Positions 40,024 to 51,169 of a stretch of 64,000 nucleotides of DNA are shown piece after piece. Each line of letters opens with the position of its first letter. Position 1 is the first letter of the stretch. Position numbers and translations under genes: made by a program. The stretch is from an uncultured Poribacteria bacterium (GTDB lineage Bacteria; Poribacteria; WGA-4E; WGA-3G), in contig CATQHZ020000001.1 of NCBI GenBank assembly GCA_958296135.2, positions 4,352,001 through 4,416,000 of the forward strand, written 5' to 3'. A model generated the notes under the pieces. That model did not search any database. It was not told the DNA's origin and saw only the letters and a program-made list of their open reading frames with translations.

Positions 40024-42466
40024 ATCTAATCAAACGCTACGCGGCCATATTCATGACTGTCTCACCGTCTGCGATGAGGTTATCGCAAGGCGGGAACCGT
40101 TCCTGCGCCAATTTTGTCTGCGGTACGGTTGTAGTTGGGAAGAAGTGCGCCAATGCCTTCGTTTCGCTGTGTGGTTCCACGACATCGGAAAGGCTTCTGA
40201 CGAGTGGCAGGCCTATATCCGAAATAACGGCGGCCGGATCACGCACGCGCTTCCCTCTTTTGGCATAGGACTTATGGCGAGTAACCCACCTCGTCCTTTT
40301 GATAACAGTCCCCGTTATGCCGCCTTGCTCGCTATCCTCGCACACCACGGGCAACTTCACAAAGATGCCTTCCGGGAAGACAACTACCGGTGGCAAAACG
40401 TCACTTTGCCGGTTGATTACATCAACGCGCATTTCAACGTCTTCCGCGAGTTTGAACCTAATTTTCCTCTTAACCCTTGGGGGCTCAATTCGCTCCGACT
40501 TGGGAAAGTTTGTAAGGCGATAACTTACCTCAAATCAGAGATTCATCAGCAGGGGAATCTTCGGTTTAAGGCTCTTTATTCGCTCATGCTGAATGTGCTA
40601 ACCGCCTCGGATGGATACGCTAGCGGCAATTCTCCTGACGGTGGCACACCGCAGAATCCGCGAGCGACGAACCTAACACGTGAGGAACTCTCTGGTATTC
40701 ACAACCTGTTCCCGCTTTACGATAACGCACCGCTGAAGAATCTCCGGTTCGGTGCCGAACCAAACGACATGCAGCGGGAAATCGTTCAGCAACACTCAAT
40801 ACGGGTAATTTTAAACGCTGGCTGCGGCGAGGGCAAAACTGCCGCCGCGCTGCTTTTTGCCCAAAAGTTATTAAAGGAAAATCGCATCGACCGCGTTATC
40901 TTTACGCTTCCGACGAAATTCACGGCTAACAACCTCAGCCGAGATTTAACGGACAAAACGGACAAAAAGATGTATGCAATCCCCGAAGAACTCGTCGGTA
41001 TTACACACGGTGATGCGGCAGAGTTTCTTCGGCAACGCGCGCGAGAAAACAAGGAAGAGGAACAAGAAAACAGCGAAGACGAAACCGAAAACCTCATCAT
41101 GGCCCAGGTGTTTGAAAACAGCATCTATGCCAAACCGGTGACTATCTCCACCGTAGATCATCTCCTGATGAGCCTTTACCACGGTTACAAATTCGCAGAT
41201 CGTGCCTTCTCTAATGTCGCCTCTTCGCTGGTGGTTTTTGATGAAGTCCACTACTATGAAGAGCATACGATGGGTGCAATTGCTGAAGCCATGCGCCTGT
41301 TAACTGAATTGGAAATCCCGCACCTTGTGATGACTGCCACAATTCCCAGTGTCATTCATCAGGCGTTGGATAAACTGGTTCCAAGTCAACCTTACACATT
41401 TCAGCGCGCACCGGCGGTTATATCGGGCACTACCGAGCCCAAAACGCCGTTTGAAATTGAGCGGTTTTCCGAAACTTTCATTAACGAAAACCGCGAAGTC
41501 TCGCCTGAACTGCTCGAACATGTGGAGCGGCACCTTGATCGGCGGCAGATTATTTTTGTCAACCAGGTCGCGCGTGCGAAGCAGCTCTACCGCGCCTTGG
41601 AAAATGCCGGAACTGACGAAAATCTCATCTGCTATCATTCCGGTTTCATTAGCAAACACCGCAACGAAAAGGAGCGGATTATCCGCGCCCTCTTTAAACC
41701 TTCTGAAAAGCGCGAGCGAGAAGAAGTTTCGGCATTGGAAGCCTCCGGGTTTCAAAACAGTGAACCGTGCATTCTCGTCTCAACCCAAGTGAGCGAACTC
41801 AGTCTTGACATTAGCGCGGATGTGATGTTTTCAGAAATCGCGCCGATTGATTCGATTGTACAGCGCGGCGGTCGACTCCACCGAAAAGGGGAATACCCGC
41901 GCGCCGGTGACAACGTCTATCGGATGTATGTTGCACCACCTTACGATGACGAAAGGGGGTGTCTGCCTTATAAGCCTGAGATTTTGCAACGTTCTTGGGA
42001 GACGCTTGGACACCGTTATACCTTTCAAAACGCTTGTGAGTGGGTTAACGCAGTCTACACTGACTCTCTCCGGCTCATGCACCATGAACTTTCAAAAGCG
42101 ATTCTCACCGATCTGGTCTTCGGCAAAAAACCGCAAGACAATTACGGTGAGGATATCGCGGAAGAAGGGCACGTTGTCATTCGCTTGCCGAAATACCAAA
42201 CTTACGATGTCGTGCCTTGGAAATTTGTGGATGTCGTTAAACAGGATTATCGGAATTACAAGGCACACCACCTCAGCATTTCGGAAGGGGCATTTCGCTT
42301 TGCCACTAGTCAACGTAAAATTTTGCAGCGGAAAGCAAAGCAACAACTGACGAACCGCAGGGGAAACACGCGAGAGATTGAGCTTCCTTTTAACGCTATC
42401 CACGCCCGTTACACCTTTGAAGTGGGGCTTGAACTTGACGAGGAAGCTATCTCAAATCTTCAGTAG
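40007..42466 (+). CDS. cas3: Cas3 HD nuclease-helicase
   Basis: HDIGKA HD domain, HHG, GCGEGKT, DEVH, TAT, STQVSELSLDI, QRGGRLHR. Confidence 0.95.
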   Translation: MEILGKSNQTLRGHIHDCLTVCDEVIARREPFLRQFCLRYGCSWEEVRQCLRFAVWFHDIGKASDEWQAYIRNNGGRITHALPSFGIGLMASNPPRPFDNSPRYAALLAILAHHGQLHKDAFREDNYRWQNVTLPVDYINAHFNVFREFEPNFPLNPWGLNSLRLGKVCKAITYLKSEIHQQGNLRFKALYSLMLNVLTASDGYASGNSPDGGTPQNPRATNLTREELSGIHNLFPLYDNAPLKNLRFGAEPNDMQREIVQQHSIRVILNAGCGEGKTAAALLFAQKLLKENRIDRVIFTLPTKFTANNLSRDLTDKTDKKMYAIPEELVGITHGDAAEFLRQRARENKEEEQENSEDETENLIMAQVFENSIYAKPVTISTVDHLLMSLYHGYKFADRAFSNVASSLVVFDEVHYYEEHTMGAIAEAMRLLTELEIPHLVMTATIPSVIHQALDKLVPSQPYTFQRAPAVISGTTEPKTPFEIERFSETFINENREVSPELLEHVERHLDRRQIIFVNQVARAKQLYRALENAGTDENLICYHSGFISKHRNEKERIIRALFKPSEKREREEVSALEASGFQNSEPCILVSTQVSELSLDISADVMFSEIAPIDSIVQRGGRLHRKGEYPRAGDNVYRMYVAPPYDDERGCLPYKPEILQRSWETLGHRYTFQNACEWVNAVYTDSLRLMHHELSKAILTDLVFGKKPQDNYGEDIAEEGHVVIRLPKYQTYDVVPWKFVDVVKQDYRNYKAHHLSISEGAFRFATSQRKILQRKAKQQLTNRRGNTREIELPFNAIHARYTFEVGLELDEEAISNLQ

Positions 42467-42496
42467 GGCACACTTATGCAATAAAAGGAGCATCTC

Positions 42497-43006
42497 ATGC
42501 AAAACCCAAACCAATCCCACATCACCGGCACCGCCATCAACTACCTCTATATTTGCGAACGCAAACTTTGGTTCTTTCAGAACCACCTTGAAATGGAGCA
42601 TACGTCCGAATATGTCGACATCGGGCAGCTCCTGCACGAGGACACCTACCCGCGCGAGAAACGGCGGGAATGGCTCATCGATGGCATGGTTCGCATCGAC
42701 TTTGTCGATAAGGACGGCATCCTTCACGACATCAAATCCGGTCCCGCGATGGAGACAGCGCATGTCATGCAACTCTGTTATTACCTCTATCTGCTTAAGA
42801 AGAAAGGTGTCACCGACCGGAAGGGGGTTATCAATTACCCGCGCCAACGTCGAACTACCGAGGTAGAACTCACCGCCGATAGAGAGCGCGAACTGGAGGC
42901 TGCCATCGAGAAAGTCACCCAGATTGCAGCGATGCCCACTCCGCCTCGCGCAGACTATATGAAAATCTGCAAGTCCTGCAGTTATCAGGAACTCTGTTGG
43001 AGTTAA
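42497..43006 (+). CDS. cas4: Cas4 exonuclease
   Basis: CERKLW, RIDF, DIK, QLCYY, CKSCSYQELC Fe-S cysteines. Confidence 0.95.
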   Translation: MQNPNQSHITGTAINYLYICERKLWFFQNHLEMEHTSEYVDIGQLLHEDTYPREKRREWLIDGMVRIDFVDKDGILHDIKSGPAMETAHVMQLCYYLYLLKKKGVTDRKGVINYPRQRRTTEVELTADRERELEAAIEKVTQIAAMPTPPRADYMKICKSCSYQELCWS

Positions 43007-43017
43007 GGGAGGAACTT

Positions 43018-44013
43018 ATGTCCCGCAATTACTACATCACGCAACCCGGCCGATTGCGTCGGAAGGATAACACGCTCTATTTAGAGCCGGAGGCGGCACC
43101 GCGCATCCCTATCCCGGTGGAAGATATTGACGCGCTTTACCTCTACGGCGAACTCGACCTGAACACGAAACTGATGAACTTCTTGGCACAGAAGCACATT
43201 CCGTTTCACGTGTTCAACTACTACGGCTATTATTCCGGAAGTTACTATCCGCGGGAGTATCTCAACTCCGGCTCGCTCCTCGTCAAACAGGTGCAGCACT
43301 ACGAAAAACGCGAGAAACGGATGGAGCTCGCACGGGAGTTCGTCGCATCCGCCGTCTTCAATATCCTGAAAATCCTCCGGTATCATACAAACCGAGGAAA
43401 GGATTGCGCCGCCCAAATTGAGGAGATTGAGAAAATCGCTGCCGACAGCCGCGCGGCGAAAAACACGAACGAATTGATGGGATACGAGGGGCTCATCCGC
43501 GATACCTATTACACCGCTTTCAACACGATTCTGACGTTGAAAACGCCGTTTGAGAAACGGGTGCGCCGTCCCGCGGACAATCCGATTAACACCGCTATCT
43601 CCTTCGGAAACTCAATGATGTATGCGGCGTGTCTCACCGAAATCTACCGGACGCAACTCAACCCGACAATCAGTTTTCTGCACGAACCGGGCGACAGACG
43701 CTTTTCCCTCAGCCTCGATCTCGCCGAAATTTTCAAACCGCTCATCGTTGACCGGATTATTTTCCGCTTGTTCAACCGTGGGCAACTCAACGAGGCGAAA
43801 CATTTTGAGACAGAAGTGGGGGCCTGCTATCTCAATGAAAAGGGACGAAAGTTGTTCATCGCAGCGTTCGATGAGCAATTGAAACAGACGATCGCGCATC
43901 GGAAACTGAAGCGCAAAGTCTCCTATCAGCGGCTTATCCGTCTGGAGTGTTACAAACTCATCAAGCACCTCGTCCGGATGGAGCCGTATCAGGCACTTCG
44001 GCCGTGGTGGTAG
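43018..44013 (+). CDS. cas1: Cas1 (I-B Hmari/Tneap type)
   Basis: GRLRRKDNTL, FNYYGYYSGS, LMGYEG, NTAISFGN, SLDLAEIFKP. Confidence 0.97.
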   Translation: MSRNYYITQPGRLRRKDNTLYLEPEAAPRIPIPVEDIDALYLYGELDLNTKLMNFLAQKHIPFHVFNYYGYYSGSYYPREYLNSGSLLVKQVQHYEKREKRMELAREFVASAVFNILKILRYHTNRGKDCAAQIEEIEKIAADSRAAKNTNELMGYEGLIRDTYYTAFNTILTLKTPFEKRVRRPADNPINTAISFGNSMMYAACLTEIYRTQLNPTISFLHEPGDRRFSLSLDLAEIFKPLIVDRIIFRLFNRGQLNEAKHFETEVGACYLNEKGRKLFIAAFDEQLKQTIAHRKLKRKVSYQRLIRLECYKLIKHLVRMEPYQALRPWW

Positions 44014-44081
44014 AGAGTGCATCTTGGGTGCATCGGGGAGCGTCTTCCGGCGCGCGCCCGCTATTAGAGAGGTGAAACATC

Positions 44082-44345
44082 GTGTATATCATTCTCGTTT
44101 ACGACATTGAAGTCGCACGCGTTGCGAAAGTCTGCAAGTATTTGCGGCAGCACCTCAACTGGGTGCAAAACTCGGTTTTTGAGGGATACTTAACCAAGGC
44201 GCAGTTAGCGCGCGTCAAATCCGGGTTAGCGTCACTCACAGAACCTGAAAAGGACTCCGTGATCCTCTACCAGTTGCGCGATGCAAGGTGGATGGACAAG
44301 GAGGTGATGGGATTAGACAAGAATCCTGCGACGAACCTGCTCTAA
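44082..44345 (+). CDS. cas2: Cas2
   Basis: YIILVYDI, WVQNSVFEG, DSVILY. Confidence 0.97.
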   Translation: MYIILVYDIEVARVAKVCKYLRQHLNWVQNSVFEGYLTKAQLARVKSGLASLTEPEKDSVILYQLRDARWMDKEVMGLDKNPATNLL

Positions 44346-44603
44346 GCAAGGTTTCGGCCGGAATCTGCGGATTGCATTCTGCTGTCGACCTGGTGTGAGA
44401 GGCGGTTTCTTAGGTTGATTGCATGCGCTAATTTCGGAGAAAAGTGCCGATAGATGCGTGTGTTACCGAAGTCCGTCGACCTCCTGGGGAATTGTCACTA
44501 CTGCCGGTCGCCAGCAACTCACCTAGCGAAATAAAAAAAATGGAAATTAACTTGACAAGTACCGCAGGGATGTGGTATCATATATATGCTGTCTGCGGAT
44601 AGC
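44346..44603 (+). promoter_or_regulatory. CRISPR leader with promoter
   Basis: Two GTCGACCT motifs (about 44384 and 44476), an A-tract, and TTGACA(44552)-18-TATCAT just before repeat 1. Confidence 0.85.
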
Positions 44604-47600
44604 CTTTTAATCGCACCAGTTTGGAATTGAAACCGTGTTGCCGAATGAGTAGATAGACGTGTTCCAGAGAGCTTTTAATCGCACCAGTTTGGAATTGAAA
44701 CTATCTACCGCAGGAGTAGGTCGGTCTGTGACCTATTCCCCTTTTAATCGCACCAGTTTGGAATTGAAACGGTTTGAATTAGAACCACGTTTAGATGAGG
44801 ATTTCCGCCTTTTAATCGCACCAGTTTGGAATTGAAACCAGCGATACGAGGATATCGGCAAGGTCATTCAGGCTTTTAATCGCACCAGTTTGGAATTGAA
44901 ACAGTGGGGGCCACATAGCCCCCGCCAAAGCAAAATCCTTTTAATCGCACCAGTTTGGAATTGAAACAAGGTCGCAGACACGGTGGCTCCGAAACCGCAA
45001 CTGACTCTTTTAATCGCACCAGTTTGGAATTGAAACACCGGCAACGCCGATTTTGTAAAAACAGCGGCGACTTTTAATCGCACCAGTTTGGAATTGAAAC
45101 CTTACTATGACATATATTATACCACATTTTGAAGCAAAAGCTTTTAATCGCACCAGTTTGGAATTGAAACTTTGCCCTCAGCAACAAGTAACGCTGTATC
45201 GGCATCGCTTTTAATCGCACCAGTTTGGAATTGAAACTCGAAACCTTCCTGCGTAGGTATCGGTAGCACGCGGGCGCTTTTAATCGCACCAGTTTGGAAT
45301 TGAAACTGGAATGTGTGCTAACCTCAAATTATTCCGATGAAGTCCTTTTAATCGCACCAGTTTGGAATTGAAACACAGTCTGCTCCCCGATGCTGAACAG
45401 CGTGTCTATCTTCTTTTAATCGCACCAGTTTGGAATTGAAACAATAAAACTGCAGGTCTCGGTTTTCAACATGCGCGAGCCTTTTAATCGCACCAGTTTG
45501 GAATTGAAACTGTTCATGGGCTTCAGCCCGGGCGCGATTACACCTACAACTTTTAATCGCACCAGTTTGGAATTGAAACGGTAGCCACTGTGGCATGACG
45601 CATCAGCACATTTTCGTCGGCTTTTAATCGCACCAGTTTGGAATTGAAACATTGATATTACCGCATCAATTTAAACTGTCACTTGTCTTTTAATCGCACC
45701 AGTTTGGAATTGAAACAGGCGCATCAGTCTCTCAAAGACTGATACCTCTTTCTCCTTTTAATCGCACCAGTTTGGAATTGAAACCAGATTGCCCAGTGCG
45801 TGAGCGTTGCGACGGTGTAGCTTTTAATCGCACCAGTTTGGAATTGAAACGCGCGTTTTCCTTTCACGCTGTCTTTCCGGAACGTCAACTTTTAATCGCA
45901 CCAGTTTGGAATTGAAACACTTGAAGTGGTCAATCAGAATAACTGGAGATATCCTTTTAATCGCACCAGTTTGGAATTGAAACGATGGCTTCTTCGATCC
46001 GCTCGCGCTCTTCGCGGACGCTTTTAATCGCACCAGTTTGGAATTGAAACATGCGGCTGCCAGCCAACCCACGCGCCCTTTTCTCCACCTTTTAATCGCA
46101 CCAGTTTGGAATTGAAACATGGCGAGTAGGCACGCATCAACTATATCGTGATAGCCTTTTAATCGCACCAGTTTGGAATTGAAACTTCAGGCACGCATCA
46201 ACTATATCGTGATAGCCGCGCTCCTTTTAATCGCACCAGTTTGGAATTGAAACTGCTTTGGACCGTATGTCAAATTCATTATCAATGACCCTTTTAATCG
46301 CACCAGTTTGGAATTGAAACATGGCTGATCTGACCAAATCTCGCAGGTATAATTCCCCTTTTAATCGCACCAGTTTGGAATTGAAACTTTGGACGATAGG
46401 TTGTCTTCATTTATCGCGCACTTTTAATCGCACCAGTTTGGAATTGAAACCGAGGCGACAGGGTGTTGACTTGCCTGGCTCTGCCAAAACTTTTAATCGC
46501 ACCAGTTTGGAATTGAAACCTTTTCTGCGAGCGCGGGTTCGGCATCGAGCGCGGCGACTTTTAATCGCACCAGTTTGGAATTGAAACATTCAACGTTGAG
46601 AGCATCAAGCTTGTTCTGATGCTCTTTTAATCGCACCAGTTTGGAATTGAAACCTCTGTATGACCGAGGTCAGGGACTTCCTGCTTCCTTTTAATCGCAC
46701 CAGTTTGGAATTGAAACTCCAGCACGGCTAGCATTGCAGCGGGGCAACGGGCCTTTTAATCGCACCAGTTTGGAATTGAAACCACTCTCAAACGCCGCCT
46801 TTAAACAGCGCGCCGCCTGCTTTTAATCGCACCAGTTTGGAATTGAAACGCACGCGAGGCGATGAACGAAGTCTTTCGCGCGCATGGCTTTTAATCGCAC
46901 CAGTTTGGAATTGAAACATGGGAAGGTTGGTGCGCCCGCCGTTATCGCCCTCAACTTTTAATCGCACCAGTTTGGAATTGAAACTTTTGAATGCCGCGCG
47001 GGCATCAAAATAGTATTTTTCACTTTTAATCGCACCAGTTTGGAATTGAAACGATAACCTCTTTCACATCCTCAATCATCGCCCGCGTATCTTTTAATCG
47101 CACCAGTTTGGAATTGAAACGTGAACACGGGGGAGAGTGATGGCATCATCTCATCCATCTTTTAATCGCACCAGTTTGGAATTGAAACAGAGAAGGCAGC
47201 CAGGTCGATAGACATAGAAATCCTCTTTTAATCGCACCAGTTTGGAATTGAAACATCCTTACGAGGGTGGAAAGAAACGCATTTGGGGACTTTTAATCGC
47301 ACCAGTTTGGAATTGAAACCGGGTAAGGGCGGAGTCTAGTCTCCGCCGGTCTCAAGTCTTTTAATCGCACCAGTTTGGAATTGAAACGATGCAATTGCTA
47401 CGGAGGCGGGTCCCTCGGTAGACTTTTAATCGCACCAGTTTGGAATTGAAACACTGGAGTGATTAGCCTTCTTCCAAGAGCCAATCGGCTTTTAATCGCA
47501 CCAGTTTGGAATTGAAACACTTTTTTCATGCCGCTTGCATCCTGGTCGACTTCAAACTTTTAATCGCACCAGTTTGGAATTGAAACACTAGCAGGAATGT

Positions 47601-49380
47601 CCTTTTGCCACTTGCCGTCAGACTTTTAATCGCACCAGTTTGGAATTGAAACTCTTATTTTCCGGAAGAGGCGCGGTATGTCGGGTTCGACTTTTAATCG
47701 CACCAGTTTGGAATTGAAACCGCGAAGATCTTCAGACTCCTTCGAGTTCTGCTCCGCCTTTTAATCGCACCAGTTTGGAATTGAAACTTGCAGAGAGAAT
47801 GAAGACGTTGATTTTGCAAAAGCACTTTTAATCGCACCAGTTTGGAATTGAAACCCAGCGAGCACAGACAACCTACCGGAAACCAGCGTAGCTTTTAATC
47901 GCACCAGTTTGGAATTGAAACTCTCGCTAGCGAGGCGATGAAGCGAGGCGAATTCACTTTTAATCGCACCAGTTTGGAATTGAAACCTACAGCAGAGAGG
48001 CGTATGTCGACAGCACACTATACACTTTTAATCGCACCAGTTTGGAATTGAAACTTGAAGTATGAGGCATCTATAGTTGAGCCTTGTCGAACCTTTTAAT
48101 CGCACCAGTTTGGAATTGAAACGAGATCATCGTCTCTCTCGAAGTATTCGAGCATAGAGACTTTTAATCGCACCAGTTTGGAATTGAAACGTGCATGAGG
48201 GGGTTGCGGCACCTACTGATAATCTTTTAATCGCACCAGTTTGGAATTGAAACATTTGCCCAAGTGGGATACAGAGAACGCCGTTGCCTTTTAATCGCAC
48301 CAGTTTGGAATTGAAACACATTAGCGAGACATCGATGCTGGCATGCCTCGCTTACTCTTTTAATCGCACCAGTTTGGAATTGAAACCTGCCAAGCGAGGC
48401 ATTACCGATTTGCCGCTCAGCCTTTTAATCGCACCAGTTTGGAATTGAAACAGGTGAACTTGATGCGACTGAACCTAATCGGAGATACTTTTAATCGCAC
48501 CAGTTTGGAATTGAAACAAAAAGCACCGCGTAAAACTTCTTCTTTCTCATGTTACTTTTAATCGCACCAGTTTGGAATTGAAACTTCGGTATTGGCTTAA
48601 CATCTTCTCACTCCTTAGCCTTTTAATCGCACCAGTTTGGAATTGAAACCTTCGAGCTGCATCATAAGGTCTTGAGCACTTAACTTTTAATCGCACCAGT
48701 TTGGAATTGAAACTTACCTGCGGCGACTCAGGATGCGACAACGATTGCTTTTAATCGCACCAGTTTGGAATTGAAACTTCTCTTCTGCCCACTCTAAATA
48801 GTCAAAGCGATTTCTTTTAATCGCACCAGTTTGGAATTGAAACGATATCTTTTCCAAGCGTGCGGGTAATCCTTATGCGATGCTTTTAATCGCACCAGTT
48901 TGGAATTGAAACCTTGACACAGCCAGAAACGACACACAAGCCGCCGATGGCTTTTAATCGCACCAGTTTGGAATTGAAACTCTATTGGGGACGACTGGGT
49001 GCTTTCAGGAGCAACAACCTTTTAATCGCACCAGTTTGGAATTGAAACCCTTATCACATTCCCGCAACGGTGCCAGCACGTCTGCCACTTTTAATCGCAC
49101 CAGTTTGGAATTGAAACTGTCGCCATCATCAGTAATGCGAAGGAATTCGGTTTCTTTTAATCGCACCAGTTTGGAATTGAAACAGATTATCAGGATACAA
49201 CCACGATTGAAATAACGCTTTTAATCGCACCAGTTTGGAATTGAAACTCCTTCATCTGTTGAATGAAGTCCTCTGCAGAGGCGAACTTTTAATCGCACCC
49301 GTTTGGAATTGAAACCTATCAAGAGCGCGGATTTACGATGAAAACGCTTGCTTTTAATCGCACCCGTTTGGAATTGAAAC
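44604..49380 (+). CRISPR. CRISPR array, 30-bp repeat CTTTTAATCGCACCAGTTTGGAATTGAAAC, about 72 repeats / 71 spacers of 33-41 bp
   Basis: Counted by eye. The last two repeats carry ACCC for ACCA; a degenerate terminal repeat (CGCACCAATTAGGA) lies near 49427-49456. The ATTGAAAC 3' handle is typical of I-B/III. Confidence 0.99.
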
Positions 49381-49690
49381 CGGATAGCCCAATGCTGCAA
49401 GCTACGTCTTAATGGAAACTCAAAAAAGTCAACACGCACCAATTAGGACAGCGGCGTTACTCTGTGGAAACCCCCGAAAACCGAAAACTAAATCCGCCTC
49501 CCTTCCCCATTTTTTCTTGACATCAAAACAAAAATCAACTAAACTACCTCAATAATGCTCGCAAATCTACCAAAAAGTCATCGCTAACCGTAGGGCGAGG
49601 GAAACCCTCGGCGATTCGCGCTCGCCGGGCCCTCGCCGGGCCCGAAACTGTAAGGGCGGATATCTCTATCCGCTTGTTGGAGAAAAACCG

Positions 49691-50335
49691 ATGAAAACCT
49701 TCACTACGCTCAGCATCCTCATCCTGATCCTGGTCTCCGGCTGCACCAACACGCAATATCAAGAGATGCAACACGAACGCGATACCCTCATCGAGAATTA
49801 CGAAAACCTCCGGCGCGAACACGACAGCGGAACGCTTGAAACCGAAATCACCGATAAACTGCTCGGTACATGGAAATTCCTCAACCTCGAAGTCGAGGAG
49901 AACGATGTCACCGAAGAAGTCGCAACCGCAAAAGCCGCGCTCTACGCGCTCGATCTGCAGAATCTCACCCTCGTTTTTTTTGAGATGAACGAATCTTACT
50001 TCTACCGCGGCAAAAGAGGCACGACAGAATTCGCAGGACAGTTCAATATCACTACCGTCCGGTTTGGCGATGAACCGTTCCCATTCATTCGGTTCATCAG
50101 ACGCTCCGGCCCGCTGATGCCGCAGCTGCTCTTCGCCGTCGGGCCTGATGGAAAACCCCTCGGTCTCAAAGGCGCGTCCGGGTTCGCCGAGGCGAAGGCC
50201 GCCGAAATCGGCATCTCTGTCACGGACGACAGACTCTATTTACTGATGTATGGTAAGATGCAACTGAGTCCCGACGGCTGGGTGCAGAGCGGCGGACTCC
50301 AATGTTCCTTTGAACGCATCAAGGAGAATAAATGA
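49691..50335 (+). CDS. Lipoprotein, lipocalin-like paralog 1
   Basis: Lipobox VSGC, KLLGTWKF (GxW), C-terminal GWVQSGGLQCSFERIK. Confidence 0.8.
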   Translation: MKTFTTLSILILILVSGCTNTQYQEMQHERDTLIENYENLRREHDSGTLETEITDKLLGTWKFLNLEVEENDVTEEVATAKAALYALDLQNLTLVFFEMNESYFYRGKRGTTEFAGQFNITTVRFGDEPFPFIRFIRRSGPLMPQLLFAVGPDGKPLGLKGASGFAEAKAAEIGISVTDDRLYLLMYGKMQLSPDGWVQSGGLQCSFERIKENK

Positions 50336-51156
50336 TGAAAACCTTAGCCATCCTCAGCATGAAGGTGCTGCTCTTCACCAGCTGCGCCACCCTGCCAACC
50401 CAGGAACTTCAGCAAGAACGCGAAGGGCTCATCGAAGACCTGGGAGATGTCCGAGAACAATACTATCCGGACAAACTCAAGAACGCGATAAGAGAGCTGC
50501 TGCTCGGAAAATGGCAGTTTGTTTCCATAGAGGTCGAAGACGGTAGCATCAACAAGCAGAAGGCGAACCCGCAGGAAAGTGAATCGCCGACAGATGCCAA
50601 CGGACAAGTCACCACCCAGGAACAGCTGTCGGAAGACGACGCAATCCGGTTGCCCCCTGTCAAGGTAACGGACAACCCCGCCAGTCAAAACATCGCAGCG
50701 GCGAAGGCGGCACTCGTCGCATCTACCCGCAAAAACCTGACGGTAGAATTTTTTGAGCGCGCCTCTTCCTACTATTATGCCGGTAAAAACGGAAGCACTG
50801 ATATCACCGGACAGTGTAACGTCACCACGATGCGCTTCGGGGATGAGTCCTATCCGTTTATTCGACTCCATCGACGCACCGGGATGGAAATGATGGAATT
50901 CTTATTCGGTTACGAACCGGTCAGGCATGCGCTGGCAAGGAGCAGACGCACCAGATTCGTCAAAAACTATGAGCGGGACGCGCGAGGCAACCGGCGGCTC
51001 CTAGCCAAATCCAGAGCTTTCCCAATCGCTTCAACGATGGGCATCGCGGTGACAGAAGACCGGCTCTATCTCATCGCGTATGGCGACATGGAATTAACGC
51101 CGAAAGGCTGGATGCGCACCGGCGGCCTCCGATGCACCTTCAAAAGAGTCAAATAA
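50332..51156 (+). CDS. Lipoprotein, lipocalin-like paralog 2
   Basis: Lipobox FTSC, LLLGKWQF, GWMRTGGLRCTFKRVK. Confidence 0.8.
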   Translation: MMKTLAILSMKVLLFTSCATLPTQELQQEREGLIEDLGDVREQYYPDKLKNAIRELLLGKWQFVSIEVEDGSINKQKANPQESESPTDANGQVTTQEQLSEDDAIRLPPVKVTDNPASQNIAAAKAALVASTRKNLTVEFFERASSYYYAGKNGSTDITGQCNVTTMRFGDESYPFIRLHRRTGMEMMEFLFGYEPVRHALARSRRTRFVKNYERDARGNRRLLAKSRAFPIASTMGIAVTEDRLYLIAYGDMELTPKGWMRTGGLRCTFKRVK

Positions 51157-51169
51157 AAAAGGAGAAACC

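Noticed and set aside
45101-45140. Spacer 8 as a guide repressing the cas8 or leader promoter
   Set aside because: Its reverse complement is promoter-like (TGTGGTATATAAT), but similarity to 36560-36585 and 44570-44585 is short, gapped and explained by a generic extended -10.
46519-46557. Spacer 29 self-targeting the 42-bp repeats at 57712-57835
   Set aside because: Only about 11 nt (TCGGCATCGAG) match; insufficient.
46850-47955. 13-nt word GCGAGGCGATGAA shared by spacers 34 and 50
   Set aside because: Flanks are unrelated; borderline compatible with chance in GC-rich spacers.
44868-49442. Short ORFs with FQFQTGAIK / FNSKLVRLK / FNRTSLELK
   Set aside because: Translations of the CRISPR repeat.
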